This document shows positions 42,082 to 52,066 of a stretch of DNA of 64,000 nucleotides, piece by piece. Source of the stretch: an uncultured Alphaproteobacteria bacterium (lineage in GTDB: Bacteria > Pseudomonadota > Alphaproteobacteria > GCA-2731375); assembly GCA_951812805.1 (NCBI GenBank), contig CATOSZ010000008.1, positions 136,137 through 200,136 on the forward strand, read 5' to 3'. The translations under genes were made by a program, and so were the position numbers. The first letter of the stretch is position 1. Each line of letters opens with the position of its first letter. Below the pieces are notes generated by a model. It searched no databases. It was given only the letters and a program-made list of their open reading frames with translations, and was not told the origin of the DNA.

Positions 42082-42984
42082 ATGGTTTTGGACAAGCAAC
42101 GCATGGGTGTCGTCGGTCTCGGCGACATGGGCTCGGGGCTCGCGCGCAATCTGATCGCCGGCGGTTTCGAGGTGACGGGATTCGACCTCGACGCGGGCCG
42201 CATGGCGGAGTTCGAGGCGCTGGGCGGCCGGCCGGCCAACGCGGCGGCGGGCGTCGGTGCCGCCTCGGACGTCGTCTTCGTCATGGTGATGAACGGCGAC
42301 CAGGCGCGAAGCGTGATCTTCGACGAGGGCCTGGTCTCGACCATGAGCGCGGGCGGGGCGATTTTGATGACGGCGACGATCCATGCCGCCGAGATGCGCG
42401 CCATTGCCGCCGACCTCGCCGGCAGCGGCCTGGAAATCGTCGACAGCCCGGTGAGCGGCGGCCACGCCGGCGCCCAGGGCGGCACCCTGACCATGATGGC
42501 GGCGGGAAGCGACGAAGCGCTCGCCGTCTGCGGCCCGGCGATGGAGGCGGTCGGCGGTACCATCCACCGGGTCGGCACGGAGCCGGGCCAGGGCCAGACC
42601 GTGAAGGCCTGCCTGCAATCGCTGATCGGCTCGATCTTCTCCGCGACCTTCGAGGCGTCCGTGCTCGCCGCCAAGGCCGGCGTGGACGCGGACGCGTTGC
42701 ACCGGGTGGTCTCGACCTCGGCCGCCGGTTGCGCGATCGCCGACAACGCGCTCGCCCGTATTATCGATGGCCAGTTCGAGAAGACGGGCAGTCATATCGC
42801 GACCATGCACAAGGACCTGACCATCGCGCTCGACCTCGCCCGCGAGATGGGCGTGCCGCTGTTCACCGCCTCGACCGCAATGCAGCTGTTCCAGGCCGGC
42901 ATCACCCGGCATCCGACCGGCGACAACTGGGTCGTCACCCGCATCCTCGAAGACATCGTCGGCGCCGAACTGCGCCGCGGCTAG
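42082..42984 (+). CDS. NAD(P)-dependent dehydrogenase of the 3-hydroxyisobutyrate dehydrogenase (HIBADH) family
   Basis: Rossmann GLGDMGSGLA motif and 6PGDH-like C-terminal domain. Confidence 0.75.
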   Translation: MVLDKQRMGVVGLGDMGSGLARNLIAGGFEVTGFDLDAGRMAEFEALGGRPANAAAGVGAASDVVFVMVMNGDQARSVIFDEGLVSTMSAGGAILMTATIHAAEMRAIAADLAGSGLEIVDSPVSGGHAGAQGGTLTMMAAGSDEALAVCGPAMEAVGGTIHRVGTEPGQGQTVKACLQSLIGSIFSATFEASVLAAKAGVDADALHRVVSTSAAGCAIADNALARIIDGQFEKTGSHIATMHKDLTIALDLAREMGVPLFTASTAMQLFQAGITRHPTGDNWVVTRILEDIVGAELRRG

Positions 42985-43000
42985 ACGGAAAGAACCGATC

Positions 43001-43867
43001 ATGAACCTCGGCGTCATCACCGACGGCATCAGCCGCGACCTCGACCACGCGCTCGCCGTCATGACCGAATACGGCCTCACCCATGCGGAGCTGCAATTCA
43101 TCGACGACAAGGAGGTCGGCGATCTCGACGCCGACGAGCGGCGCCGGGCGCTGGAGAGTGTGCGGCGGCACGAAAAAACCGTCTCCTGCATCTCGCGGCA
43201 CAACTTCGCCGGCATGACGATGGGCAGCTCCAAGCCCGGCGACGAGCAGCACACCCGGCACATGGACTCGCTGAAGCGCTGCATCGACATGGCGCATGAC
43301 TTCGACTGCCGGACCGTGCGCATCATGACCGGCAAGAAGGAGGCGATCCTGTGGGGCCATCACGGCGCCGAGCAATGGAACGTCGCCACCGGCGCCTGGG
43401 ACGTCCAGCTGACCCTGATCGCGCCGGCGATCGAACTCGCCAGGGCCGAGGGCGTGACCCTGGTGGTGGAGACCGGCAACGGCACCATGGTCAATTCCTG
43501 CTGGACCGGACGCAAGCTGATCGACGACCTCGACGCCAAGGGGGTCCTGAAGGTGCTGTGGGACCCGGCCAACAACTGCTGGGCGCACGAGGACGCCTGG
43601 CCGGACGGCTACGAGGCGGTCAAGGACGGCTACCTCGGCCACGTCCATATCAAGGACGTCCATGTCGACACGCCGAAGGCGACGCTGGAAGTCCGCCGCA
43701 TGGGCGAAGGCCAGCTGGCCGATCAGTTCCAGCCGATGGCCGACGCCATGCGGGCCGACGGCTATGACGGCGCGATCAGCTTCGAGAGCGTCTATCATCC
43801 GGGCGACGGCGACTTCGAGGCCGGCTTTCGCCAGAATATCGAAGTGTTCAAGCGCATCTTCGGATAG
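43001..43867 (+). CDS. sugar phosphate isomerase/epimerase (xylose-isomerase-like TIM barrel)
   Basis: AP-endonuclease 2 / xylose-isomerase-like barrel features. 17 nt downstream of the dehydrogenase. Confidence 0.6.
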   Translation: MNLGVITDGISRDLDHALAVMTEYGLTHAELQFIDDKEVGDLDADERRRALESVRRHEKTVSCISRHNFAGMTMGSSKPGDEQHTRHMDSLKRCIDMAHDFDCRTVRIMTGKKEAILWGHHGAEQWNVATGAWDVQLTLIAPAIELARAEGVTLVVETGNGTMVNSCWTGRKLIDDLDAKGVLKVLWDPANNCWAHEDAWPDGYEAVKDGYLGHVHIKDVHVDTPKATLEVRRMGEGQLADQFQPMADAMRADGYDGAISFESVYHPGDGDFEAGFRQNIEVFKRIFG

Positions 43868-43951
43868 GGCGGCGATCAGAATCGCGTGAGCCGTCGGCGG
43901 CGAACCGTCTAATCTGCTACACCTGAGGCTTGGCAGACAGGAGTATCGACT

Positions 43952-44458
43952 ATGGACGCCCAGCAGCTGAAGACCACGCAGGCCCCGATCAAGGAGCGCT
44001 ATCGCAGCGAACCGGAGGCGGCCGTGATCACCCTTTCGGCCGAGGGCAAGGTCGGCGAGGGGGTGACCTGCTCCGTCCAGACCGGCCGGGCCCTGGTCGA
44101 GGCCGGCCTGCATCCGGCGACCGGGGGAAGCGGCCTGCACGCCTGTTCGGGCGATATGCTGCTGGAGGCGCTGGTCGCCTGTGCGGGTGTCACCCTGAAT
44201 GCCGTCGCCACGGCGCTGGAACTGCCGGTCGACGACGCCACGGTCCGGGCGGAGGGGGACCTCGACTTCAAGGGGACCCTCGGCGTCGATCGCGAGGCGC
44301 CGGTCGGCTTTCGCGACATTCGCCTGGCCTTCGACATCAAGGGCGACCTGGACGCGGAGCAAACCGCGACGCTGATCAAACTGACGGAGCGTTACTGCGT
44401 CGTCTATCAGACCCTGAAGGCGTCCCCGCCCATCGCCCTTGACGTGAACGTCGCCTGA
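43952..44458 (+). CDS. OsmC/Ohr-family peroxiredoxin-like protein
   Basis: ~168 aa with the two conserved Cys (…LHACSGDMLLEALVACAG…). Confidence 0.7.
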   Translation: MDAQQLKTTQAPIKERYRSEPEAAVITLSAEGKVGEGVTCSVQTGRALVEAGLHPATGGSGLHACSGDMLLEALVACAGVTLNAVATALELPVDDATVRAEGDLDFKGTLGVDREAPVGFRDIRLAFDIKGDLDAEQTATLIKLTERYCVVYQTLKASPPIALDVNVA

Positions 44459-44470
44459 GAGGCGGGCGCC

Positions 44471-45343
44471 CTATTCGACCAGGCGGTAGGCGAAGGCGTC
44501 ACCCTCGGAGACGATGTGGCCGCAGGTCGGCCGCGCGAAGTGCGCCGGTGCCAGCAGGGTGTCGGTATCGGCCAGCCGCTCGATCAGCGCGCGGCGCGAG
44601 GCGTGGCTGAGCGCCTTGTCCTCGCAGGCCATGCTCGACCATTCGGGATGGCTGAGCTGGATCGGATGATGGATGACGTCGCCGGAGAGCGCCGCGCTCG
44701 CCGCGCCCGATTTCAGGTTCACCACCACGTTGCCGGGCGTGTGGCCGGGCGCCGGCTCCAGCCAGACGCCGTCTTCCATCTGATGGTCCATGTCGACCAG
44801 CACGGCCTGCCCGCTTTCCAGGATCGGCTGCACGCTTTCGGTGAAGGTGAGGGAGCGCACGCCCTCCGGGTCCGCCGCGTGGCGCCCGCGCCAGTACTCC
44901 GCCTCGGTCCGCGCCATGACGTATTTGGCGTTCGGGAAGGTCGGCACCCAGCGCCCGTCGACGAGCTGTGTGTTCCAGCCGACATGGTCGCCGTGCAGAT
45001 GGGTGCAGAGCACGAAGTCGATATCCCCCGGCGCCAGGCCTTTGGCCGCGAGGTCCGCGATGAAACTGCCCTGGCGGCGATGCCAGGTCGGGCGATGCGG
45101 GAACGACTTGTCGTTGCCGATGCAGGCGTCGACCAGGATGGTATGGCGCGGGGTGCGCAGGATGTAGGACTGGAAGCAGAAGATGAAACGTCGAGTTTCC
45201 GGATCCATGTAGCGCGGCAGCAGCCAGTCGAGGTGCGGTGCCAGCGTCTCCGGCGTCGCGTCGGGGAAGAAGTCGAAGGGATCCATGAACGGCTCCTGCA
45301 ACTCGACGAGGGCGTCCAGGGTGAAGTCGCCGATGGCCTGCAT
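44471..45343 (-). CDS. MBL-fold metallo-hydrolase
   Basis: HxHxDH motif (THLHGDHVGW) and downstream His/Asp ligands. Confidence 0.75.
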   Translation of the reverse strand: MQAIGDFTLDALVELQEPFMDPFDFFPDATPETLAPHLDWLLPRYMDPETRRFIFCFQSYILRTPRHTILVDACIGNDKSFPHRPTWHRRQGSFIADLAAKGLAPGDIDFVLCTHLHGDHVGWNTQLVDGRWVPTFPNAKYVMARTEAEYWRGRHAADPEGVRSLTFTESVQPILESGQAVLVDMDHQMEDGVWLEPAPGHTPGNVVVNLKSGAASAALSGDVIHHPIQLSHPEWSSMACEDKALSHASRRALIERLADTDTLLAPAHFARPTCGHIVSEGDAFAYRLVE

Positions 45344-45386
45344 CGTCGTTCCTCCGTCTATGATGTTTTGGGGAAAATGGGCTGGA

Positions 45387-45662
45387 TCAGGTGCCCGGCA
45401 TCAGCGGGATTTCGCCCGAGCCTTCGGGCCGGGCCTGATCGACCGGCCGCACGCGGCGAATCAGACCCTTGGAGATGATCTCGATCGTGCCGTCGCCATG
45501 CTCGAAGGCGACGTAGCCGCGCTGGTCGTTCATCATGTCGATGACCCGCTCGTTCGGGTTGAGGAAGAGATGGCCTTGCACGCCGCCCTCTTCGGTGACG
45601 ATTTCCACGCCGACCCGCCGCTTGGGCTTTTGCTCACCGCCGTAACCTTGAAAAACCGCCAT
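45387..45662 (-). CDS. small hypothetical protein (91 aa) upstream of, and co-oriented with, the MBL hydrolase
   Basis: ORF only. No family recognised. Confidence 0.35.
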   Translation of the reverse strand: MAVFQGYGGEQKPKRRVGVEIVTEEGGVQGHLFLNPNERVIDMMNDQRGYVAFEHGDGTIEIISKGLIRRVRPVDQARPEGSGEIPLMPGT

Positions 45663-45814
45663 CGCCCGACACCACCATATCTCGCGCCGCCTTGCGGGCG
45701 TCGCGTCGGCTCTCCCCAAGTGTGTGGAATCGTAGCACAATCCGTCCCGCCGTCTAACCAGGGCTTCCTAATGCGGGCGGAATCGCATTGCCATCTGGTT
45801 CCACCCCCCGGCCC

Positions 45815-45995
45815 GTGCTAGCGTGGTGCCGTCGAGCGTAGGGAAGCCGGTGCGTTTCGTCCCGGGCCATCGTTGCCCGCCGAGCCAACTCCGGCGCTGC
45901 CCCCGCAACTGTAGGAAGGAGGGCGTGGTACGAGGCCACTGGGCCCGGGCGCAATGCCGGGACTGGGAAGGCGCCACGTCCGACGACTTCGAGCC
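45815..45995 (+). promoter_or_regulatory. cobalamin (AdoCbl) riboswitch upstream of cobU
   Basis: GGTGCC…AGGGAAGCCGGTG…GCTGCCCCCGCAACTGTAGGAAGG…GCCACTGGG…GGGAAGGC, including the B12 box. Ends ~70 nt before the cobU start. Confidence 0.85.
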
Positions 45996-46064
45996 AGGAA
46001 ACCTTACTCGACGTTTCATGGTCGGCGGGTGGCGCATCGCCCCCGCCCCATCCTCGGAGGGGGG

Positions 46065-46646
46065 ATGTGTCGGATGAACGAAGCAAAGCCGTCACCCGTG
46101 CCGCCAGCGGACGTCACACTGGTGTTGGGTGGTGCCGAATCGGGCAAGAGCCTGCATGCCGAGCGCCTGGCGGCGGCCGCCGGCGCGCCGCTGCTCTATA
46201 TCGCGACGGCCGAGGCCGGCGACGGCGAGATGGCGGATAAGATCGCCCGCCACCGGGAGCGCCGCGGCGCGTGCTGGCAAACCCTCGAGGTGCCGTTGGC
46301 CCTGCCGGACGCGCTGATCGCGGCAGAGGCCGGCACGGCGGCGATCCTGGTCGACTGCCTCACCCTTTGGCTCGCCAACCTCATGGCGGCGGAACGCGAC
46401 CTCGATGCCGCCAGCGCGGCCCTCGTCGCCGCGCTCGCCCGGGCGCCGGCCCCGGTGATCCTGGTCTCGAACGAGGTCGGCCTCGGCATCGTGCCGGACA
46501 ATCCGCTGGCGCGCCGCTTTCGCGAAGCGGCCGGGCGCCTGAACGCCCAAATCGCGGCGGCGGCGGACCGGGTCGACTTTCTCGCCGCCGGCCTGCCCCT
46601 CACCCTGAAGCCCACACCCCACAACCTGGAAGGTCCCGGGACATGA
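46065..46646 (+). CDS. cobU: bifunctional adenosylcobinamide kinase / adenosylcobinamide-phosphate guanylyltransferase
   Basis: P-loop GGAESGKS, ~190 aa. GGAGG RBS. Start could be ATG 46065 or 46074. Confidence 0.85.
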   Translation: MCRMNEAKPSPVPPADVTLVLGGAESGKSLHAERLAAAAGAPLLYIATAEAGDGEMADKIARHRERRGACWQTLEVPLALPDALIAAEAGTAAILVDCLTLWLANLMAAERDLDAASAALVAALARAPAPVILVSNEVGLGIVPDNPLARRFREAAGRLNAQIAAAADRVDFLAAGLPLTLKPTPHNLEGPGT

Positions 46647-47668
46647 GCAAGATCCCCGCCACCGTCATCACCGGCTTCCTCGGCGCCGGCAAGACCACCC
46701 TGATCCGCCACCTGGCCGAGCAGGCCGACGGCCGCCGTCTCGCCTTCGTCATCAACGAGTTCGGTGAACTCGGCATCGACGGCGACATCCTGAAGGGATG
46801 CGGCATCGAGGATTGCGACGAGGACAGCGTGGTGGAACTGGCCAACGGCTGCATCTGCTGCACCGTCGCCGACGATTTCCTGCCCACCATCGAGGCGCTG
46901 CTGGCCCGGCCGGAGCCGCCGGACCACATCATCATCGAAACCTCCGGCCTCGCCCTGCCGAAGCCTCTGGTCCAGGCCTTTGCCTGGCCGGAGGTGCGCA
47001 CGCGGGTCACCGTCGACGGTGTCGTCGCCGTGCTCGACGGCCCGGCCGTCGCCGAGGGCAAGTTCGCCGAGGACCTGGACGCGGTTGCCGCCGCCCGCGC
47101 CGCCGACCCCAACCTCGACCACGACAGCCCGCTCGCCGAGCTGTTCGAGGACCAGCTCGCCTGCGCCGACCTCGTCGTCATGAACAAGACCGACCTGCTC
47201 GACGGCGCGGCGGAGGCCCGGGTGCGCGACGAGATCCAGGGCGAACTCCGGGCCGGCGTCGGCATCGTCCGCGCTTCGCACGGCGCCCTCGACGCCCGCG
47301 TGCTGCTCGGCCTCGGTGCCGCGGCGGAGGACGACCTCGACGCCCGGCCCTCGCACCACGACGCGGAGGGCGAGCATGATCACGACGATTTCGAGAGCTT
47401 TACGCTGTCCCTCCCCGAACAGTCGGAGCCCGCGGCCTTCGCCGCCCGCCTGGCCGAGGTGGCGGGCCGGCACGACGTGCTGCGCATGAAGGGTTTCGCC
47501 GCCGTGCCGGGCAAGCCGATGCGCCTCGTCGTGCAGGGCGTCGGGCCGCGCTTCGAGCACTACTTCGACCGGCCCTGGGCGAGCGGCGAGGCGCGTGAGG
47601 GCCGCCTCGTGGTAATCGGCGAAAGCGGCCTCGACCAGGCGGCGATCAGCGCCGAGATCCTGGGCTGA
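46643..47668 (+). CDS. cobW: cobalamin biosynthesis GTPase CobW (COG0523)
   Basis: GFLGAGKTTL P-loop, CxCC motif (GCICCT) and His-rich stretch (SHHDAEGEHDHDD). Confidence 0.9.
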   Translation: MSKIPATVITGFLGAGKTTLIRHLAEQADGRRLAFVINEFGELGIDGDILKGCGIEDCDEDSVVELANGCICCTVADDFLPTIEALLARPEPPDHIIIETSGLALPKPLVQAFAWPEVRTRVTVDGVVAVLDGPAVAEGKFAEDLDAVAAARAADPNLDHDSPLAELFEDQLACADLVVMNKTDLLDGAAEARVRDEIQGELRAGVGIVRASHGALDARVLLGLGAAAEDDLDARPSHHDAEGEHDHDDFESFTLSLPEQSEPAAFAARLAEVAGRHDVLRMKGFAAVPGKPMRLVVQGVGPRFEHYFDRPWASGEAREGRLVVIGESGLDQAAISAEILG

Positions 47669-47672
47669 GCCC

Positions 47673-50600
47673 GTGCACCTGCTGGCCGCGCAACCGGGAG
47701 GCATCGCCGATGGCGGCGAGGCGGTCGACCTCGGGCAAAGCCCGGGGGAGATCGTCGTCCTCTCTGCGGCCGATACGGAACTCGCCGCGCTCGCCGCCGC
47801 GCGGGCGCGCTTCGGCGACGACTATCCGAGCCTGCGCCTCGCCAACCTGATGAACCTCGCCCACAATCTGTCGGTCGACGCCTATGTCGAGGCGGTGATC
47901 CGCCATGCCCGCCTCGTCGTCGTGCGGTTGTTGGGCGGCGTCGCCTACTGGCCTTACGGCGTCGAGCGGCTGGTCGAGACGGCGCGGGCGCAGGGCATTC
48001 CGCTGGCCCTGCTGCCGGGTGACGACCAGCCGGACCCGGAACTGGACGGCCTTTCGACGCTGGACCGAGAGACGCGACACCGGCTCTGGCAATATTGCGT
48101 GCATGGCGGGCCGGAAAACGCGGCGCACCTTTTGGCCCATGCCGCCGACGTCCTGGGCCACGCCTTTCCCTGGCGCGAGCCGACACCGCTGCTGCCGGCG
48201 GGCGTACTGGAGGACGGCGCGGTGCTGCCGGCGGCGGCACCCGTCGTCGCCCTGGTGTTCTACCGGGCCCTGGTGCAGGCCGGGAACCTGGCGCCGGTCG
48301 AAGATCTGACGGCGGCGCTGCGGGCGCGCGGCCTTGGCGCCGTGGCGATCTATGTCGCGAGCCTGAAGGATCCGGTGTCCGCCGACCTGCTCGCCCGCAA
48401 GCTGTCGGAGATCGAACCACAGGTCATTCTCAACGCCACCGCCTTCGCCGTCTCGACGCCCGGCGCGCGGCGGGCCGTCACGCCGTTCGACGCGGCCGAT
48501 TGCCCGATCCTCCAGGTCGTCTTCTCGGGCGGCACGGAGGCGGCCTGGGCCGAGGGCACGAACGGCCTGTCCTCCCGCGACATCGCGATGAACGTCGCCC
48601 TGCCGGAGGTCGACGGACGGATCCTGACCCGCGCCGTCAGTTTCAAGGCGGAGGCCCGCTTCGATGCCCTGACCGAGCATTCCGTCGTCCGCTACGAGAG
48701 CGTGGCGGACCGGATCGATTACGTCGCCGACCTGGCCGCCGCCTGGGCACGCCTGCGCCGCACGGCGCCGGGGAAGCGTCGCCTGGTCGTGGTGCTGGCG
48801 AACTATCCCAACCGGGACGGCCGTCTCGGCAACGGGGTCGGGCTCGACACGCCCGCCGGCGTCATCGAGGCGCTTCGCCGGTTGGCGGCGGAAGGCTACG
48901 ACCTGCGCGATCTCCCGGCGGACGGGGCCGCTCTCATCGACCGGCTGCTCGAAGGGCCGAGCAACTCGGCCGAGGGCTGGCACCGGGCGGCGCGCGAGAC
49001 GATCTCGCTCGCCGATTACGAAATGTTTTTTGCCGCCCTGCCGGCGGCGGCCCGCGAAAAGGTGATCGAACGTTGGGGCCCGCCGGCGCGCGATCCCTTC
49101 TTTCGCCCGGGCGCGGTGGATTGCGGTGGCTTCGCCCTGCCGGTGCTGCGGCTCGGCAACGTCGCCCTCGCGGTGCAGCCGGCGCGCGGCTACAACATCG
49201 ATCCGAAGTCGAGCTATCACGATCCCGACCTGCCGCCACCGCACGGCTATCTCGCCTTCCACGCCTGGCTGCGGCGCGACTTCGACGCGCATGCCGTCGT
49301 CCATTTCGGCAAGCACGGCAACCTCGAATGGCTGCCGGGGAAGGCGCTGGCGCTTTCGGCCGCCTGTTTCCCGGAGGTGGCGCTGGGGCCGCTGCCCCAC
49401 CTCTATCCCTTCATCGTCAACGATCCGGGCGAAGGCGCGCAGGCCAAGCGGCGCACCGCCGCCGTGGTAATCGACCACCTCACACCGCCGCTCACCCGGG
49501 CGGAGAGTTACGGCCCGCTGAAGCAGCTGGAGGCCCTGGTCGACGAATATTTCGAGGCGGCCGGCCTCGACCGTCGCCGGTTGGCCCCGCTTTCGGCGGA
49601 GATCCTCTCGCTCTCCGAAAGCATCGGTCTCGACATCGACGTCGGCTTCCAGCCGGGCGACGACGAAGCGGCCCGCCTCGGCAAGCTCGACGCCTATCTC
49701 TGCGACCTGAAGGAGATGCAGATCCGCGACGGGCTGCACATCTTCGGCCGCGCGCCCGAGGGCCGCCTACTGGAGGACCTGCTGGTCGCCCTCGTGCGGG
49801 TGCCGCGCGGTTCTGGCGAGGGCGGCGACGCCTCGCTCACCCGGGCGCTGGCGCGTGATCTGGCGCTGGGCGAATTCGATCCGCTGGACTGCGATGCGGC
49901 GACACCCTGGGCGGGGCCACGGCCCGACGCCCTCGCCCTGCTGGACGATCCCTGGCGCACGGCGGGCGATACGGTGGAACGGCTGGAAGCCCTGGGAAGC
50001 GCGCTGGTGTCCGGCCGGCGCGGGGTGGACCCGGCCTGGTCGACGACGGCGTTGGTCCTCGACGAGATCCGAGATCGCATTCGCCCGGCCGTCGAAGGCT
50101 CGGGCGAGGCGGAGCTGGTGGGCCTCGCGCGCGGCCTCGCCGGCCGCTTCGTCGAGCCGGGGCCGAGTGGGGCGCCGACCCGCGGGCGGCCGGAGGTGCT
50201 GCCAACCGGGCGTAACTTCTATTCGGTCGACACCCGCGCCGTGCCGACGCCGGCCGCCTGGCGCCTCGGCTGGCATTCCGCCGGCCTCATCGTCGAGCGG
50301 CACCTCCAGGAACATGGCGAATGGCCGCGCGCCGTCGCACTTTCCGCCTGGGGCACGGCGAACATGCGCACCGGCGGCGACGACATCGCCCAGGCCCTGG
50401 CCCTGATCGGCGCGCGGCCGCGCTGGGATACCGGCTCGGGTCGGGTGGCGGGCTTCGAGATCATGCCCCTCGACGTGCTGGACCGCCCGCGCGTCGACGT
50501 CACCCTGCGGATTTCGGGCTTCTTTCGCGACGCCTTCCCCGCGCAGATCGACCTTTTCGACAGCGCCGTCGCGGCCATCGCCGCGCTCGACGAGCCGGCG

Positions 50601-51413
50601 GAGAGCAATCCCATCGCGTTGCGCGTCTCGAACGATATCGTGCGCCTGCAGGCCGAGGCCGGCATCGGCTTCGAGGCGGCGACGCGGCGGGCGCTGGCCC
50701 GGGTCTTCGGCGCGAAGCCGGGCGCCTACGGGGCCGGTCTGCAGGCCCTCATCGACGAGCGCGGCTGGCGCGACGAGGCCGACCTCGCCCGCGCCTATGT
50801 CGCCTGGGGCGGCTACGTCTATGGCGGCGGACGCGGTGGCGAGGCGGAACACGGCCTGTTCCGTAACCGTCTCGCCGAGGTCGAAGCGGTGTTGCACAAC
50901 CAGGACAACCGGGAACACGACCTGCTCGATTCCGACGACTACTATCAATTCGAGGGCGGGCTCGCCGCCGCGGCCCATCACGCGTCGGGCCGGCGGCCGG
51001 CGATCTATCACAACGACCACTCCCGGCCCGAGAGCCCGAAGGTGCGCAGCCTGGAGGAGGAGATCGCCCGCGTCGTCCGCGCCCGGGTGGTCAATCCGAA
51101 GTGGATCGCGGGCGTCATGCGTCATGGCTACAAGGGCGCCTTCGAGATGGCGGCGACGGTCGACTATCTCTTCGCCTTTCAGGCGACGGCGCGGGTGGTT
51201 CACGATCACCACTTCGATTCCGTCTACGATGCCTATCTGGGCGATGCGGCGGTGCGCGAATTCCTGGGCGCAAACAATCCGGCCGCACTGCGCGAGATCG
51301 CCGGGCGGCTGATCGAGGCGGTGGACCGCGGCCTCTGGCGGCCCCGGCGCAACGACGTTCCGGGCGAGCTGGAGGCCCTGGTACGCGGCGAGGAAGAAAG
51401 GATCACGGTATGA
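47673..51413 (+). CDS. cobN: aerobic cobaltochelatase subunit CobN
   Basis: 1246 aa, full-length match to CobN. GTG start. Confidence 0.9.
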   Translation: MHLLAAQPGGIADGGEAVDLGQSPGEIVVLSAADTELAALAAARARFGDDYPSLRLANLMNLAHNLSVDAYVEAVIRHARLVVVRLLGGVAYWPYGVERLVETARAQGIPLALLPGDDQPDPELDGLSTLDRETRHRLWQYCVHGGPENAAHLLAHAADVLGHAFPWREPTPLLPAGVLEDGAVLPAAAPVVALVFYRALVQAGNLAPVEDLTAALRARGLGAVAIYVASLKDPVSADLLARKLSEIEPQVILNATAFAVSTPGARRAVTPFDAADCPILQVVFSGGTEAAWAEGTNGLSSRDIAMNVALPEVDGRILTRAVSFKAEARFDALTEHSVVRYESVADRIDYVADLAAAWARLRRTAPGKRRLVVVLANYPNRDGRLGNGVGLDTPAGVIEALRRLAAEGYDLRDLPADGAALIDRLLEGPSNSAEGWHRAARETISLADYEMFFAALPAAAREKVIERWGPPARDPFFRPGAVDCGGFALPVLRLGNVALAVQPARGYNIDPKSSYHDPDLPPPHGYLAFHAWLRRDFDAHAVVHFGKHGNLEWLPGKALALSAACFPEVALGPLPHLYPFIVNDPGEGAQAKRRTAAVVIDHLTPPLTRAESYGPLKQLEALVDEYFEAAGLDRRRLAPLSAEILSLSESIGLDIDVGFQPGDDEAARLGKLDAYLCDLKEMQIRDGLHIFGRAPEGRLLEDLLVALVRVPRGSGEGGDASLTRALARDLALGEFDPLDCDAATPWAGPRPDALALLDDPWRTAGDTVERLEALGSALVSGRRGVDPAWSTTALVLDEIRDRIRPAVEGSGEAELVGLARGLAGRFVEPGPSGAPTRGRPEVLPTGRNFYSVDTRAVPTPAAWRLGWHSAGLIVERHLQEHGEWPRAVALSAWGTANMRTGGDDIAQALALIGARPRWDTGSGRVAGFEIMPLDVLDRPRVDVTLRISGFFRDAFPAQIDLFDSAVAAIAALDEPAESNPIALRVSNDIVRLQAEAGIGFEAATRRALARVFGAKPGAYGAGLQALIDERGWRDEADLARAYVAWGGYVYGGGRGGEAEHGLFRNRLAEVEAVLHNQDNREHDLLDSDDYYQFEGGLAAAAHHASGRRPAIYHNDHSRPESPKVRSLEEEIARVVRARVVNPKWIAGVMRHGYKGAFEMAATVDYLFAFQATARVVHDHHFDSVYDAYLGDAAVREFLGANNPAALREIAGRLIEAVDRGLWRPRRNDVPGELEALVRGEEERITV

Positions 51414-52051
51414 CCGACCCTCGACAAGACGAACAGAGCGAACTCGACCAGCGCCACGCCGAAAAGATGCGCAAGAAAAAGGCGGCGCGCGACAAGATCA
51501 TCGCCACCAAGACGATCGAAAAGGGCCTGCTGATCGTCCACACCGGCAAGGGCAAGGGCAAGTCGACCGCGGCGTTCGGCCTGGTCATGCGGGCGCTCGG
51601 CCATGGGATGCCGGTCGGCATCGTGCAGTTCGTCAAGGGCAAGTGGGAAACCGGCGAGCGGGTGGTGCTGGAGCATTTCCCCGACCTCGTCACCGTGCGG
51701 ACCATGGGCGAGGGCTTCACCTGGGACACGCAGGACCGCCAGCGCGATATCGCCGCGGCGCGTGCCGCCTGGGCCGCTGCGGTCGAAATGATCGAGGCGA
51801 GCCGCGGCCCCGAGCCGGCCCACCGGGTCCTGCTGCTGGACGAGTTGAACATCGTGCTGCGCTACGACTATCTCGATATCGCCGAGGTGGTCGAGGTGCT
51901 GGCGAACAAGCCCGAGGACCTGCACATCGTCGTCACCGGGCGCAACGCCAAGGACGAGTTGATCGAGGCGGCGGACCTGGTGACAGAGATGACCATGGTC
52001 AAGCATCCCTTCCGCTCCGGCGTGAAGGCCCAGGTCGGCATCGAGTTCTGA
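51410..52051 (+). CDS. cobO: cob(I)yrinic acid a,c-diamide adenosyltransferase
   Basis: GKGKGKST P-loop variant of the CobA/CobO/BtuR family. Confidence 0.9.
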   Translation: MTDPRQDEQSELDQRHAEKMRKKKAARDKIIATKTIEKGLLIVHTGKGKGKSTAAFGLVMRALGHGMPVGIVQFVKGKWETGERVVLEHFPDLVTVRTMGEGFTWDTQDRQRDIAAARAAWAAAVEMIEASRGPEPAHRVLLLDELNIVLRYDYLDIAEVVEVLANKPEDLHIVVTGRNAKDELIEAADLVTEMTMVKHPFRSGVKAQVGIEF

Positions 52052-52066
52052 GGGACGACGGTTCGA

